A DNA stretch of 64,000 nt from NCBI GenBank assembly GCA_034520945.1, contig JAXHNB010000006.1:768001-832000 (forward strand), given 5' to 3'. A program made the position numbers and the translations under genes. Shown here piece by piece: positions 11,893 to 24,320 of the stretch. The stretch is from Trueperaceae bacterium. Lineage in GTDB: Bacteria; Deinococcota; Deinococci; Deinococcales; Trueperaceae. How positions within the stretch are numbered: the first letter of the stretch is position 1; every line of letters begins with the position of its first letter. The notes under the pieces are model-generated. The model saw nothing but the letters and a program-made list of their open reading frames with translations, made no database searches and was not told the DNA's origin.

Positions 11893-13077
11893 ATGACGCG
11901 AGTCGGCGAAGATTCCTCCACGGTTCGGCACTCGTCGCGGATCACCCTCAGCCAGTCGGCCCTGACCAAGAATCTTCGCTTCGTGCGCCGCAAGGTGGGG
12001 CCGGAGCCGATCATCAGCTCGGTGGTCAAGGCGAACGCGTTCGGCCACGGGATCGCGCCGTTCGTGCGCATGGCGGAACGCTCGGGCATCCGACACTTCT
12101 CGGTCGCGTCCAGCTCGGAGGCGAAGGAGGTGCTGCGCGTGCGCCGCACCGACGCGAGGGTCATGATCATGGGCATCTTGTATCCCGAGGATCTGTTCTG
12201 GGCCATCGCCAACGACATCGAGTTCTTCGTGTTCGACTTCGTGCGCCTGCAGACGGCGCTGCGGGTCGCGCAGGAGGTGGGACGGCCCGCCCGGGTGCAC
12301 CTGGAGGTCGAGACGGGCGGCAACCGGACCGGCCTGCCCGAAGAGGCGTTCGGCGCGGCGCTCGACCTGCTGGCGACCCACCCTGGCGCGTTGAGATTCG
12401 AAGGTCTGTGCACGCACTTCGCGGGGATCGAGAGCCTGGCGAATCAGTTTCGCGTCCAGAAGCAATTGGCACGCTTCGACGAGGCGTGCCGTACCAGTGA
12501 GCGTCGCGGCATCGTGCCGCGCTTGCGGCACACGGCCTGTTCCGGGGCGGCCTTGGCCTTTCCCGAGACGGTGATGGACCTGGTGCGCATCGGCACGGCG
12601 CAGTACGGCTTCTGGCCGGGCCCCGACGTCTACCACCTGCACCTGCAACAGGTGGGCAAGAAGCGGGACAACCCCCTCAAACGCGTCCTGACCTGGAAGA
12701 CCGACGTGATGCACCTGAAGCCCGTCGCCCGGGACGACTTCGTCGGGTACGGCACCAGCTACCAGGCGCCACGCGACATGCTCGTCGCGGTGCTGCCCGT
12801 CGGCTACGCCGACGGGTATCCCCGCAGCCTGTCCAACTTCGGCGAGGTGCTGATCCGCGGCAAGCGGGCGCCGGTGGTGGGCATGGTCAACATGAACGTG
12901 ATGATGGTCGACGTCTCCCATGTCCCCGACGTGCGCGTAGGCGACGAGGTGGTGCTGGTCGGCCGGCAGGGTCGGCAAGCGGTCTCGGTCCGGTCGTTCG
13001 CCGAGTTCACGAACGCTCTGAACAACGAATTCGTCAGCCGGCTTCCCGCCGTGATTCCGCGCGTCCCGGTGAGCTGA
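11893..13077 (+). CDS. alr: Alanine racemase
   Basis: VVKANAFGHG PLP lysine motif, ETGGNRTG, VGYG and GYADGYPR. Confidence 0.92.
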   Translation: MTRVGEDSSTVRHSSRITLSQSALTKNLRFVRRKVGPEPIISSVVKANAFGHGIAPFVRMAERSGIRHFSVASSSEAKEVLRVRRTDARVMIMGILYPEDLFWAIANDIEFFVFDFVRLQTALRVAQEVGRPARVHLEVETGGNRTGLPEEAFGAALDLLATHPGALRFEGLCTHFAGIESLANQFRVQKQLARFDEACRTSERRGIVPRLRHTACSGAALAFPETVMDLVRIGTAQYGFWPGPDVYHLHLQQVGKKRDNPLKRVLTWKTDVMHLKPVARDDFVGYGTSYQAPRDMLVAVLPVGYADGYPRSLSNFGEVLIRGKRAPVVGMVNMNVMMVDVSHVPDVRVGDEVVLVGRQGRQAVSVRSFAEFTNALNNEFVSRLPAVIPRVPVS

Positions 13078-16019
13078 CCGCCGGATCCGTCGCGCGCTCG
13101 GCAAGGGCGTCGGCCAGCACCTCGATCAGGTGTCGGGGCGTCTCCCCGACGCCGTCCGCGATCTGGTGACGGCAACTGAACCCGCTGGCGACGGTCGTGC
13201 CCGGGTGCGCACGGACGGCGGGGAACAGCCGCCGCTCGCCGATCTGCATGGACAGGTCGTGGTGGCCGTACCCGAAGCTTCCGGCCATGCCGCAGCACCC
13301 GGCGTCGAGCTCACGCACGTCGCTGGAGACCCATTCCAGCACCGCCCGGCTGGCGGCGGTGCCGATCACCGCCTTCTGCTGGCAGTGCCCGTGCACCATC
13401 ACCGGCTCGTCCCGCCGTTCGAACACCTCTTCGGGCCTGAACCCGCCCTGCGTCCACGCCTTGGCGAGGAACTCCTCGATCATCTGCACGTGATGCGCCG
13501 CCGCCTCCGCCTCCTCGCCCGGCACCAGGTCGCGGTAGTCGTCGCGGAACACCGTGACGCAGGACGGCTCGAGCCCTACCACCGGGACGCCGTGGCGGAC
13601 GTACGGCATGATCCGGGCGAGGTTGTGGGCCGCGGCGGTCCGGGCGTCCCGCAGCAGACCCTTGCTGATCAGCGGCCGGCCGCAGCACCCGCTGGGCACG
13701 CGCTCGACCCGGTACCCCAGCGCCTCGAGCACCCGGACGGCGGCGCGGCCCGGTCCCGGCGCGTGGTACGCCGTCCAGGTGTCGGCGAACAGCGCCACGC
13801 GAGGCCGTGCCTCCCCCGGGTCGGCCCCGCCCCCGGACGCCGGGCGGCGGTCGAACCAACGGGCGAAGCTCTCCCCGGCGTACGCCGGCAGCGTCCGACG
13901 CCGGTCCACGCCGGCGACCTTCTCCAGCAACCACCGCACGCTGGGACGCGGCAGCAGGGCGTTGGCCAGCGGGGCCAGCGCCCGCCCGATGGGCGCGACG
14001 CGGGCCACGTTCCCGATCAGGCGCGTGGCCAGCGGGACGCCGTGCGTGTCGTGGTACTGCTGCAAGAACTCGTACTTCAGCTTGGCCATGTCCACGTTGC
14101 TGGGGCACTCCGCCTTGCAGGCCTTGCACTCCAGGCACAAATCCAGCGTGTCGTACACGTCTTGCGAGGCCAACCCCCCCGGCATGCGGCCGTTCAGCGC
14201 GTCGCGCAGCACGTTGGCGCGTCCGCGGGTCGAGTGGTCCTCGTCCCGTGTCGCCATGTAGCTGGGGCACATGGTGCCGACGTCCATCTTGCGGCAGGTG
14301 CCTACCCCCGTGCAGGCCTCGGCCGCGCCCAGGAAGCCGTCCTGATGCGAGAAGTCGAACACCGTGTCCAGCGCGACCTCGGGGTAATCGGGCCCGTAGC
14401 GGAGATCCTGCGTCATCGGCGGTGCGTCGACGACCTTGCCGGGGTTCAGGATGCCGTCGGGATCGAAGGCGGCCTTCACCTCGCGAAAGGCCTGGTAGAT
14501 GCGTTCGCCGAACATCTCGCGGTTCTTCTGGCTGCGGATCAGGCCGTCCCCGTGCTCGCCGGACCAGGAGCCGCCGTAGGAACGCACCAGTTCGAACACC
14601 TCGTCGGAGATCCGTTGGTACAGCGCCACCCCCTCCGCCGTCTTGAGGTCCAGCAGAGGCCGGGTGTGGATCACGCCCACCGAGGCGTGCCCGTAGAACA
14701 CCGTGCGGACCCCCAGGGCGCGGCAGGTCTCCTGGACGGCCGGGATGTACTCGGCGAGGTGCTCGGCCGGGATGGCGGCGTCCTCGATGAACGGCGTCGG
14801 CTTGTCGGGCCCCGGCACGGTGGCGTAGATCCCCAGCCCGTCCTTTCGGAACTGCAGGATCTGGTTCTTGTCGCGTTCGCCCCAGGCTTCGTGGAGGTGG
14901 TAGCAGCGCGCGTCGAACCCGGCGTCCGCCCGCATGGCCGCCAACGCGCGCTGGAGATCCGCGTCGCTTTGGCCGTCGAACTCCACCATCAAGACCGCCT
15001 CGGGCATGCCGTCGAGCCACCCCAGAAGCGGCGCCAAGCGCGGGTTCTCGAGGCCGATCTCGAACAGGCCACGGTCCAGCAACTCGACGGCCGACGGCCC
15101 GTGCCGGTTGATGATCGGGGACCGCCTCCAGCGCCTCCCGAAGGGTCGCGAAGTGCGCCATCGCCAGCACGTTGGTGGCGGGGAGCGGATCCAGCTTCAC
15201 CGTGACGTCGAGGATGACGGCGAGGGTGCCTTCGGACCCCGTCACCAGTTGCGCCAGATCGAACGGCCGTCCGTCCACGAGCCGGTCCAAGGCGTAGCCA
15301 CCGACCCGCCGCATCACCTTGGGGTAGCGGTCGCGGATCTCGTCAGCCAGCTCGTCGGTGATCCGCAACACCGTTTGGGTGGCGCGCCCCAGCAGGTCGT
15401 CACGCCCCGCCTGCGCCCGGACGGTCTCGTCGTCCCAAGCCTCCAGCCGCGCCACCGTCCCGTTCGCCAGGGCGACGGTCATGGCGACCACCTGGTCCGA
15501 GGTCTTGCCGTACTTGATCGAATGCGTGCCGGCCGAATCGTTGGCGACCATGCCGCCGACGTTGGCCCGGTTGGTGGTGCTGACGTCCGGTGTGAACTGC
15601 AGGCCGTGCGGTGCGAGGTGACGATTCAGCGCGTCCCGGATCACGCCCGGCTCCACGCGAGCGGTCCGCCCTTCCGGGTCCACCGCGAGAATGCCGGTGA
15701 GATGCTTGCTGACGTCCACCACGACGGCGCGGGCGACGGCCTGGCCCGCCAGGCTGGTGCCGCCGCCTCGCATCAGCAGGGGCACACGGTGTTCGGCGCA
15801 GATCCGGACCGTGGCGACGAGGTCGTCGCGGTCCAGCGGGAGCACCGCGCCGAACGGCATGATCTCGTACGGGCTTGCGTCCGTCGCGTACAGCGTGCGG
15901 GCGCGCGCGTCGAAGCGAACCTCGCCCCGAACCTGTTGGCGCAAGGCGCGTTCCACGTCCCGGAGTGCGTCCTGGCTAGGTGGCGGCGCGTCGGTGGCGG
16001 AATCGGCGGACGCGTGCAT
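13034..16019 (-). pseudogene. FAD-binding/4Fe-4S oxidoreductase (YdiJ/GlcD-GlcF-like), split by a 1-nt frameshift near 15117-15120
   Basis: N-half (RGGGTSLAGQ, GSEGTL) is in one frame. C-half (SGEHGDG, CxxCxxCxxxCP, CCG motifs) is in another. Removing one G from GGGG at 15117-15120 restores ...EAVPIINRHGPSAVELLDR... Confidence 0.85.
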
Positions 16020-16047
16020 GCCGCGAGTATCGCACGCCGCCGGCGGC

Positions 16048-18288
16048 TCAGCCGGCCTCCGCCCCGTACAGCGTGCGCGTGGTCTCGGCGAAGCCTGCCT
16101 CGTCCAGGTGCCGGTAGGCGTTCAGGAAGGTCTCGAGCCGGTAGCGCTGCATCAGGCCCTCGACCAGGGTCTCGGACGCGTACGGTTGGCGCCGCTCGGC
16201 CCGGCGCACCCGGTCCCGCGCGTCGAGGAGCCCGAGCTCGCGCAGGACGCGTCGCGCCAGCACGGCCGCGTCCGGCGGCAGCGGGGGCGCCTTGCCGCCG
16301 CGGAGGGCGACGAAGGCGCGGCGGACCTGGCTCACGTTGGGGTACCCGCGGGCGGCACGCCCGATCCTGGCCTGCGCGTCGACGTTCAGGTCGAACCACA
16401 ACGGCGTGCCCTCCGTGAGGAGGTGGGCCATCGCTTCGTGCGCACGAAGCGGATCGTCGCCCAACGGCAGCTCCTCCAGCAGCCGGCCCGCGTCCGGCCG
16501 CGGCGGGCGGCCGCGCCGTACCGGCGGCGAGCCGGCGCCAGCTTCGCTCGCGCCCTCGCGTGCCCGCACGCGCAGCGCCCGCCCCGGCCGGATCGCCTCG
16601 GCCATGAACTCCAGGGTGCGGCGTTCCTGCCACACGTTCTCACGGAGGGTGACCACCGCCTGGACCGCGCCGCCGCGCGGAAGGCGTCCGGCCCACCCGC
16701 CGAGGTTCCACGCCACGCCCTTCACGTCGCCGACACGGAGTTGAAGGTGACGCGCGTCGCGTCCCACCGCTCGTGCCGCGGAGAGGTCGTCGCACAGGGC
16801 GAACGTCGGGGCGGGGTGTCCCTCGCCGTACGGTTCGAGCAGGGCCAGGGCCCGCCACAGGTCCTCTTCGACCTGTTCGGGGGCCAACAGCGCGTCGGCC
16901 GTGACCTCGCGTTCCGGCGGTGGAAACGACGCGACGTGCGCCAGGATGCGCTGCCGGAACGCCTCCCGTCGAGCGGGATCGAGGGTGAAGCCGGCCGCGG
17001 CGGGGTGCCCCCCGTAGCGTCGCAGTTCGCTGGCGGCGGCCCGCAACGCCCCGACTGCCGAAATCCCGGGCGTGCTGCGCACGCTGCCCTGCTCCCCAGC
17101 CATGATGAACACGGGCCGATGGAAGCGCTCCAACAGTTTGCTGGCAACGACGCCCATGATGCCCGGATGCCAATCGTCGTCGGCCACCACCACGGCCGGG
17201 GCCTCGGGGTCGACCCGGGCAGCAGCCTGATCGAACATGTCGTCCTGAATGCGCTTGCGTTCGTCGTTGCGGGCGTCGAGGTAGATCGCCAAGCGTTCGG
17301 CGCGATGCGGCGCGTCGGTGAGAAGCAGATCCAAGCCGTTCTCGGGCTCGCCCAGCCGGCCGGCGGCGTTCAGGCGCGGCGCCAACACGAAGGCGATGTC
17401 CCTGGCGGTGACCTCACCGTGGAGGCGCGCCGTGGCGAGCATGGCGCGCACGCCCGGCCAGGCGGAGGACGGGAGGCGCGCAAGGCCCTCGCGCACCAAG
17501 GCGCGATTGGGGCCCAGCAACGGCGCGACGTCGGCGACGGTGCCGATCGCCGCGATGTCGGCGAACTGCAGCGGCGGGGCCTCGCCCAAGCGACGGTGGA
17601 GCGCCCACAGGAGGTGGTACGCCACGCCGGCCCCGGTCGGTTCGGGCCGTCCGGGCGTGGCGTCCGGCGCCAGCGAAGGGTGCACCACGAGCGCGTCCGG
17701 CAGCGCGTCGCCGGGCGTATGGTGATCGGTCACGATCACGTCGACCCCCCGAGCCCGGAGCGCAGCGACCTCGTCCAGATTGGTGACGCCGCAGTCGACG
17801 GTGACGAACAGGTCGCAGCGGGCGGCGTGCTGCTCGACCAGTCCAGCATCGATCCCGTACCCGTGGGTGAGCCGGTTGGGAACGAACGGCGTCACCTGCC
17901 CCCCGAGCGCCTGCAGGCCACGCGTCAGGATCGCCGTACCGGTGATGCCGTCGGCGTCGTAATCTCCGTGCACCAGGATCCGCTCGCCGTCTTCCAGTGC
18001 GGCTTGCAGGCGTGCGGCGGCGTCCGTCCCCGACGCCAACGTGAACGGTTCCAGTCGTGGGGCCAGGGAGGCGTCGGCGTCCTCGGGCGTCACCCCGCGG
18101 GCGTGCAGCACGGACGCCAACAGCGGAGGAATTCCCAAGCGCGCGACCAAGTCCCGCACGGCGAGCGGGGGGGCGGGCGGTCGGGTGGACCACCGAACGG
18201 CCTCGCCGTCCAGCGGGTCAGTGCCGGAAGGGTCCGTCGCGGACACGGCGTCGTGTCGTGCCCGGGGCGGCACGGTTCGCTCGCTCAC
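16048..18288 (-). CDS. recJ: Single-stranded-DNA exonuclease RecJ
   Basis: HGDYDADG, TVDCG, TDHH, APRLNAAGR and GGHPAAAG motifs, plus a C-terminal extension. Confidence 0.96.
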   Translation of the reverse strand: MSERTVPPRARHDAVSATDPSGTDPLDGEAVRWSTRPPAPPLAVRDLVARLGIPPLLASVLHARGVTPEDADASLAPRLEPFTLASGTDAAARLQAALEDGERILVHGDYDADGITGTAILTRGLQALGGQVTPFVPNRLTHGYGIDAGLVEQHAARCDLFVTVDCGVTNLDEVAALRARGVDVIVTDHHTPGDALPDALVVHPSLAPDATPGRPEPTGAGVAYHLLWALHRRLGEAPPLQFADIAAIGTVADVAPLLGPNRALVREGLARLPSSAWPGVRAMLATARLHGEVTARDIAFVLAPRLNAAGRLGEPENGLDLLLTDAPHRAERLAIYLDARNDERKRIQDDMFDQAAARVDPEAPAVVVADDDWHPGIMGVVASKLLERFHRPVFIMAGEQGSVRSTPGISAVGALRAAASELRRYGGHPAAAGFTLDPARREAFRQRILAHVASFPPPEREVTADALLAPEQVEEDLWRALALLEPYGEGHPAPTFALCDDLSAARAVGRDARHLQLRVGDVKGVAWNLGGWAGRLPRGGAVQAVVTLRENVWQERRTLEFMAEAIRPGRALRVRAREGASEAGAGSPPVRRGRPPRPDAGRLLEELPLGDDPLRAHEAMAHLLTEGTPLWFDLNVDAQARIGRAARGYPNVSQVRRAFVALRGGKAPPLPPDAAVLARRVLRELGLLDARDRVRRAERRQPYASETLVEGLMQRYRLETFLNAYRHLDEAGFAETTRTLYGAEAG

Positions 18289-18635
18289 CGGCGAGATCGT
18301 TCGGTGTCGCGCGGCTCTTCGGGTTCGGGGGCGGCCGCCCGGTCGGGAATGACGGGGGCCGAGACGTCACGGTCGTAGCTCGGGACGTGCTGTTCGAGGT
18401 CGGTGATGCGGCGCTTCAGGCGGGCCAGCTCGCGGCGCTGCCGCCAGCCGCGAATCGAAGGGGGCACCCGGCCCGACAGGAAAGCGATCAGCACGGCCAA
18501 TAGGATCACCAGAGACGCCGGCAGCGGAAGCAGTCCCGGCAGGGCCAGCGGCTGCGGGTTGGCGTTGTGAAACACCACGCCATAGCCGATCAGCAGGGCC
18601 AGCAACACGACCTGGGCGATCCGTAGGACCCTCAA
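18285..18635 (-). CDS. Small two-TM membrane protein, LapA (DUF1049)-like
   Basis: GGAGG RBS before TTG 18635; two hydrophobic helices followed by a basic coiled-coil tail. Confidence 0.65.
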   Translation of the reverse strand: MRVLRIAQVVLLALLIGYGVVFHNANPQPLALPGLLPLPASLVILLAVLIAFLSGRVPPSIRGWRQRRELARLKRRITDLEQHVPSYDRDVSAPVIPDRAAAPEPEEPRDTERSRR

Positions 18636-18745
18636 CGCACGACCTCCCGAGGCGAAGCATACCGTAGGGCACCCGGCCGGAATCGCGCGCGCCCGCGTTC
18701 TGGGCGACTGACGTGCGGCTACGGGACCGGGTAGCATGCGCGGTC

Positions 18746-19888
18746 GTGGAACCGACGGTCCCCGTGCACGATCCGAGCCGGTCCGCCCGCCCCGACGCGG
18801 GCGGGGGAGAGACGTCCGCGCCCAAGGTCCTGGCGGCCATGTCGGGCGGCGTCGACTCGTCGGTCGCGACGCTGCTGCTCCATCAGCGCGGGTTCGAGGT
18901 GGTGGGGTCGATGATGCGCTTCTGGCCGGACGACCGCGAGGCCGGCGCCTTCGATGCGTGCTGCAGCCCGCAGGCCGCCTACGACGCGCGCCGGGTGGCG
19001 GACGCGCTGGACGTGCCGTTCTACCTGCTGGACGAGCGGGAGCGCTTCGACGAGATCGTGGTGGATCCCTTCGTGCCGAGCTACGTTCGGGGAGAGACGC
19101 CGAATCCGTGCGTGTGGTGCAATCGCGAGATCAAGTTCGGCGATTTCGTGCGGCGCGCACGCGCGTTGGGCGCCTCGTTCATGGCGACGGGTCATTTCGT
19201 GCGGCGCGTGGACGGGCCCAGCGGCGTCGAGCTGCACCGTGGCCGGGACGACGACAAGGACCAGACCTACTTCCTGTGGGCCCTCCCACGGGAGGTACTG
19301 CCGATGTTGTTGTTTCCGCTCGGCGACCTGACCAAGGCGGAGGTGCGTCGCATCGCGTCTGAGCATGGCTTCGCGACGGCGTACAAGAAGAGCTCGTCGG
19401 GGTTGTGCTTCGTGGCCGATACGGTTAGGGACCATCTGGCTCGGCATACCGACGCGCGACCGGGGGCCGTCGTGGACGCCTCCCGCGGGCGCGAAGTGGT
19501 GGGAGAGCACCAGGGGGTCCAGTTCTACACCGTCGGACAGAAGCGTGGGCTGGGCCTGTTCAAGTCGCACGAGCCCCGCTTCGTCGTGGACCTGGAGGTC
19601 GACACGAACACGGTCGTGGTCGGGCCGCGTGAGATGTGCGAGTGGTCGTCCCTCACCGCCGACCGGGTGAATTTCCTGTGCCACGAGGACGAGCTCCCGG
19701 CGCGCGTGCAGGCGCAGGTGCGCTACCGGCAGACGCCGGCGCCCGCCCGGCTGGAACGCACCGGGGACGGCGTGCGTGTTCATTTCGATGCGCCCCGCTT
19801 CGCGGTGACGGTGGGCCAGTCGGTGGTGCTGTACGACGGCGAACGGTTGCTGGGCGGGGGCGTGATTCGCGCTCGCGGGCCCGAGTGA
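18746..19888 (+). CDS. mnmA: tRNA 2-thiouridine(34) synthase
   Basis: AMSGGVDSS, TPNPCVWCN, ATGH, KDQTYFL and GQKRGLG motifs. Start approximate (GTG after TAGCAT). Confidence 0.96.
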   Translation: MEPTVPVHDPSRSARPDAGGGETSAPKVLAAMSGGVDSSVATLLLHQRGFEVVGSMMRFWPDDREAGAFDACCSPQAAYDARRVADALDVPFYLLDERERFDEIVVDPFVPSYVRGETPNPCVWCNREIKFGDFVRRARALGASFMATGHFVRRVDGPSGVELHRGRDDDKDQTYFLWALPREVLPMLLFPLGDLTKAEVRRIASEHGFATAYKKSSSGLCFVADTVRDHLARHTDARPGAVVDASRGREVVGEHQGVQFYTVGQKRGLGLFKSHEPRFVVDLEVDTNTVVVGPREMCEWSSLTADRVNFLCHEDELPARVQAQVRYRQTPAPARLERTGDGVRVHFDAPRFAVTVGQSVVLYDGERLLGGGVIRARGPE

Positions 19889-19935
19889 GCGTGGCGTGCG
19901 TGTTGCTGTTCTAAACTGACCGCCAGGAGGTACGG

Positions 19936-20487
19936 ATGGGATTCATCGTCACGCTCGTGGTCCTGGTGCTACTGGTCGGCTCGGTCATCTGGATCTACAA
20001 CCGCATCATCACGCTCGAGAATCGGTACGAGAACGCGTGGAGCCAGATCGACGTGCAACTCAAGCGCCGCAACGACCTGGTGCCGAACCTGGTCGAGACG
20101 GTGAAGGGGTACGCCACGCACGAGCAGTCGGTGTTCGAGGAGGTCGCCCACTCTCGGCAGGCGATGATGAACGCGCGGAACCCCGACGAGGGCGCCGGCG
20201 CGGCGAACATGATGAGCCAGGCGCTCGGGAAGCTCTTCGCCGTCAGCGAGGACTACCCCGACCTGAAGGCCGACGAGAACTTCCGCGTGTTGCAGGAGGA
20301 GTTGTCCTCCATCGAGAACAAGATTGCGTACGCCCGGCAGTTCTTCAACGACGCCGTGCTGCAGTACAACAACGCGATCGAGACCGTGCCGGGCGTGTTC
20401 TTGGCGGGTCCGATGGGCAAGAAGGAGCACGTGTTCCTCGAGATCCCCGACACGGAACGCGAGGCGCCTAGCGTGTCGTTCTCCTGA
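19936..20487 (+). CDS. lemA: LemA family protein
   Basis: N-terminal TM, WSQIDVQLKRRNDLVPNLV and YPDLKA; AGGAGG RBS. Confidence 0.95.
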   Translation: MGFIVTLVVLVLLVGSVIWIYNRIITLENRYENAWSQIDVQLKRRNDLVPNLVETVKGYATHEQSVFEEVAHSRQAMMNARNPDEGAGAANMMSQALGKLFAVSEDYPDLKADENFRVLQEELSSIENKIAYARQFFNDAVLQYNNAIETVPGVFLAGPMGKKEHVFLEIPDTEREAPSVSFS

Positions 20488-20495
20488 GCGCCGCC

Positions 20496-21446
20496 GTGGC
20501 GTCGCCTGGTACGCCTCGCGTCCCGGACGTCATCACCGACCGCACGACCGGTCGGCGCATCAGTCTGCTGGACACGAAGGCCGCCAACGCCCGCGCGTCG
20601 TGGCTGTTGTTCCTCGCAATGATCGTGCTTCTGGGCGGGGTCGGCTACCTGCTGGCCCTCGCGTTCGACGCGTCGGGGGCGATCTGGTTCGTGGGCATCG
20701 CCGTCGCCGTGGCGGTGATCCAGAGCTTCGTGGCGTGGCGTTACGGCGACCGGATGGTGCTGGCGTCGACGGGGGCTCGTCGGGCGACGCGCGAGGAGCA
20801 CCGCTACCTGGTGAACGTGAGCGAAGCCGTGTCGATCGGTGCGGGCGTCCCCATGCCTAGGACGTTCGTGATCGACGATCCCGCGCCGAACGCGTTCGCA
20901 ACCGGACGCGATCCGGAACACGCGTCGATCGCGGTGACGACGGGGTTGCTGGACCTGCTTGGGCGGGAGGAGTTGGAGGGCGTGATCGCCCACGAGATGG
21001 CGCACGTCCGCAACTACGACATTCGGTTCATGTCGTTGCTGGCGGCCACGGTCGGGGCGCTGATGATCCTGCGTGACCTGGTGTGGCGCTGGATGTTCTT
21101 CGGGCGTCGCCGCTCCGGGGGCGGCGGGAAGGGCCAGGCACTGGTAGGCGTCGCGTTGCTGGTGGTGTTGATCGTGGCCCCCATCCTGGCTACGCTTCTA
21201 CGCTTTGCCGTGAGCCGCCGCCGCGAGTACCTGGCCGACGCCACCGGTGCGTACATCACCCGCAACCCCGAGGGACTGGCGCGGGCGTTGGAGAAGCTCC
21301 GCGACTACAGCGGCACGCCGTTGAAGGTCAGTAACGGGGTGCGGCACCTGTTCATCGCCAACCCTGCCGCGCGCGCCAGCGCCGTGGGCCTCCTGTCGAC
21401 CCACCCGCCCATCAGTGAACGGATCGACCGCCTACGGCGCATGTGA
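20496..21446 (+). CDS. htpX: M48 zinc metalloprotease HtpX
   Basis: PNAFATG, HEMAH, REYLADA and STHPP motifs; paired with lemA. Confidence 0.92.
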   Translation: MASPGTPRVPDVITDRTTGRRISLLDTKAANARASWLLFLAMIVLLGGVGYLLALAFDASGAIWFVGIAVAVAVIQSFVAWRYGDRMVLASTGARRATREEHRYLVNVSEAVSIGAGVPMPRTFVIDDPAPNAFATGRDPEHASIAVTTGLLDLLGREELEGVIAHEMAHVRNYDIRFMSLLAATVGALMILRDLVWRWMFFGRRRSGGGGKGQALVGVALLVVLIVAPILATLLRFAVSRRREYLADATGAYITRNPEGLARALEKLRDYSGTPLKVSNGVRHLFIANPAARASAVGLLSTHPPISERIDRLRRM

Positions 21447-21472
21447 GCGCATCCAGCCAGGGCGGCACGAAG

Positions 21473-21498
21473 AGGCCCCCGCCATACGGCGGGGGCCT
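21473..21498. terminator. Hairpin terminator between convergent htpX and rpsA
   Basis: AGGCCCCCGCC-ATAC-GGCGGGGGCCT, a perfect 11-bp stem. Confidence 0.8.
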
Positions 21499-21551
21499 TC
21501 GCGTGCAGGGTCAGGGTCGGCGCGAGCCGGTACGAACCGGGTCGGCCGGGC

Positions 21552-23819
<2,268 letters not shown>

Positions 23820-24151
23820 GAAACGGGGTTCCTCCTAGCGTGGGATGCTTGCGCAAGTGTCCATTAAAGCATACCCGCACCCCTTCCCGCAACTTGGCGG
23901 TGGGGGGCGGAGCCCGTCATGGCACGATCGTGCCTGCCACCAAAGCCTGTCGCACGCGGGTAAACTTCCTCCACCCCGCGCGCCCGAACGACCCGCTCAC
24001 CGCACCCATTCCAAGGGCCCGGGCTGCCGGGCTGCTGGAACACGGCGCCCCCTCGACCTGCGCCCTCGTGCTGCGCCGCGCCGCCACCTCGCAGCTGCCC
24101 GAGCCGCCTTGGCCGTCTCGTAGAACGCGGCCCTCGACCCTGCGCGCGCCT

Positions 24152-24251
24152 CAAGAAAAGGTTCGAGCCCCGCGTGGGAGGCGCGGGACTCGACATTCGG
24201 AAGAGAATGGGAGCGAGGCGATTTACAAGGGGAGGTTCACCTCGAATCCAC
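24152..24251 (-). ncRNA. Predicted ~100-nt sRNA with three C-rich anti-SD motifs
   Basis: Lies between a TAAACT -10 box and an intrinsic terminator. 5' hairpin CGAGGUGA/UCGCCUCG has CCUCCCC in its loop, the linker has CUCCCA, and the terminator loop is CCUCCCA. Both stems contain G-U pairs that only work on the minus strand. Confidence 0.65.
24153..24194 (-). terminator. Intrinsic terminator of the predicted sRNA (and possibly of the TPR gene)
   Basis: Minus strand TCGAGTCCCGCG-CCTCCCA-CGCGGGGCTCGA followed by ACCTTTTCTT. Confidence 0.8.
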
Positions 24252-24257
24252 GACTCT

Positions 24258-24290
24258 AGTTTAGGGGGGCGTTCTTACACAATTCTTACA
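24258..24290 (-). promoter_or_regulatory. Activator-dependent promoter: TGTAAG-N5-TGTAAG-N10-TAAACT
   Basis: Exact 8-mer direct repeat TGTAAGAA with 11-bp period (24290-24283, 24279-24272) occupies the -35 position upstream of a -10 box. Confidence 0.65.
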
Positions 24291-24320
24291 GGGGGCTGCA
24301 GGTCTCTCGGCATCAAAGAA

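Noticed and set aside
13034..13077. 44-bp convergent overlap of alr and the oxidoreductase
   Set aside because: Short 3' overlaps are common in high-GC genomes.
24160..24181. GGTTCGAGCCC resembling a tRNA T-arm or att site at the island edge
   Set aside because: No D-arm, anticodon arm or acceptor stem upstream and no second copy at the other island end. It is fully explained as the stem of the minus-strand terminator.
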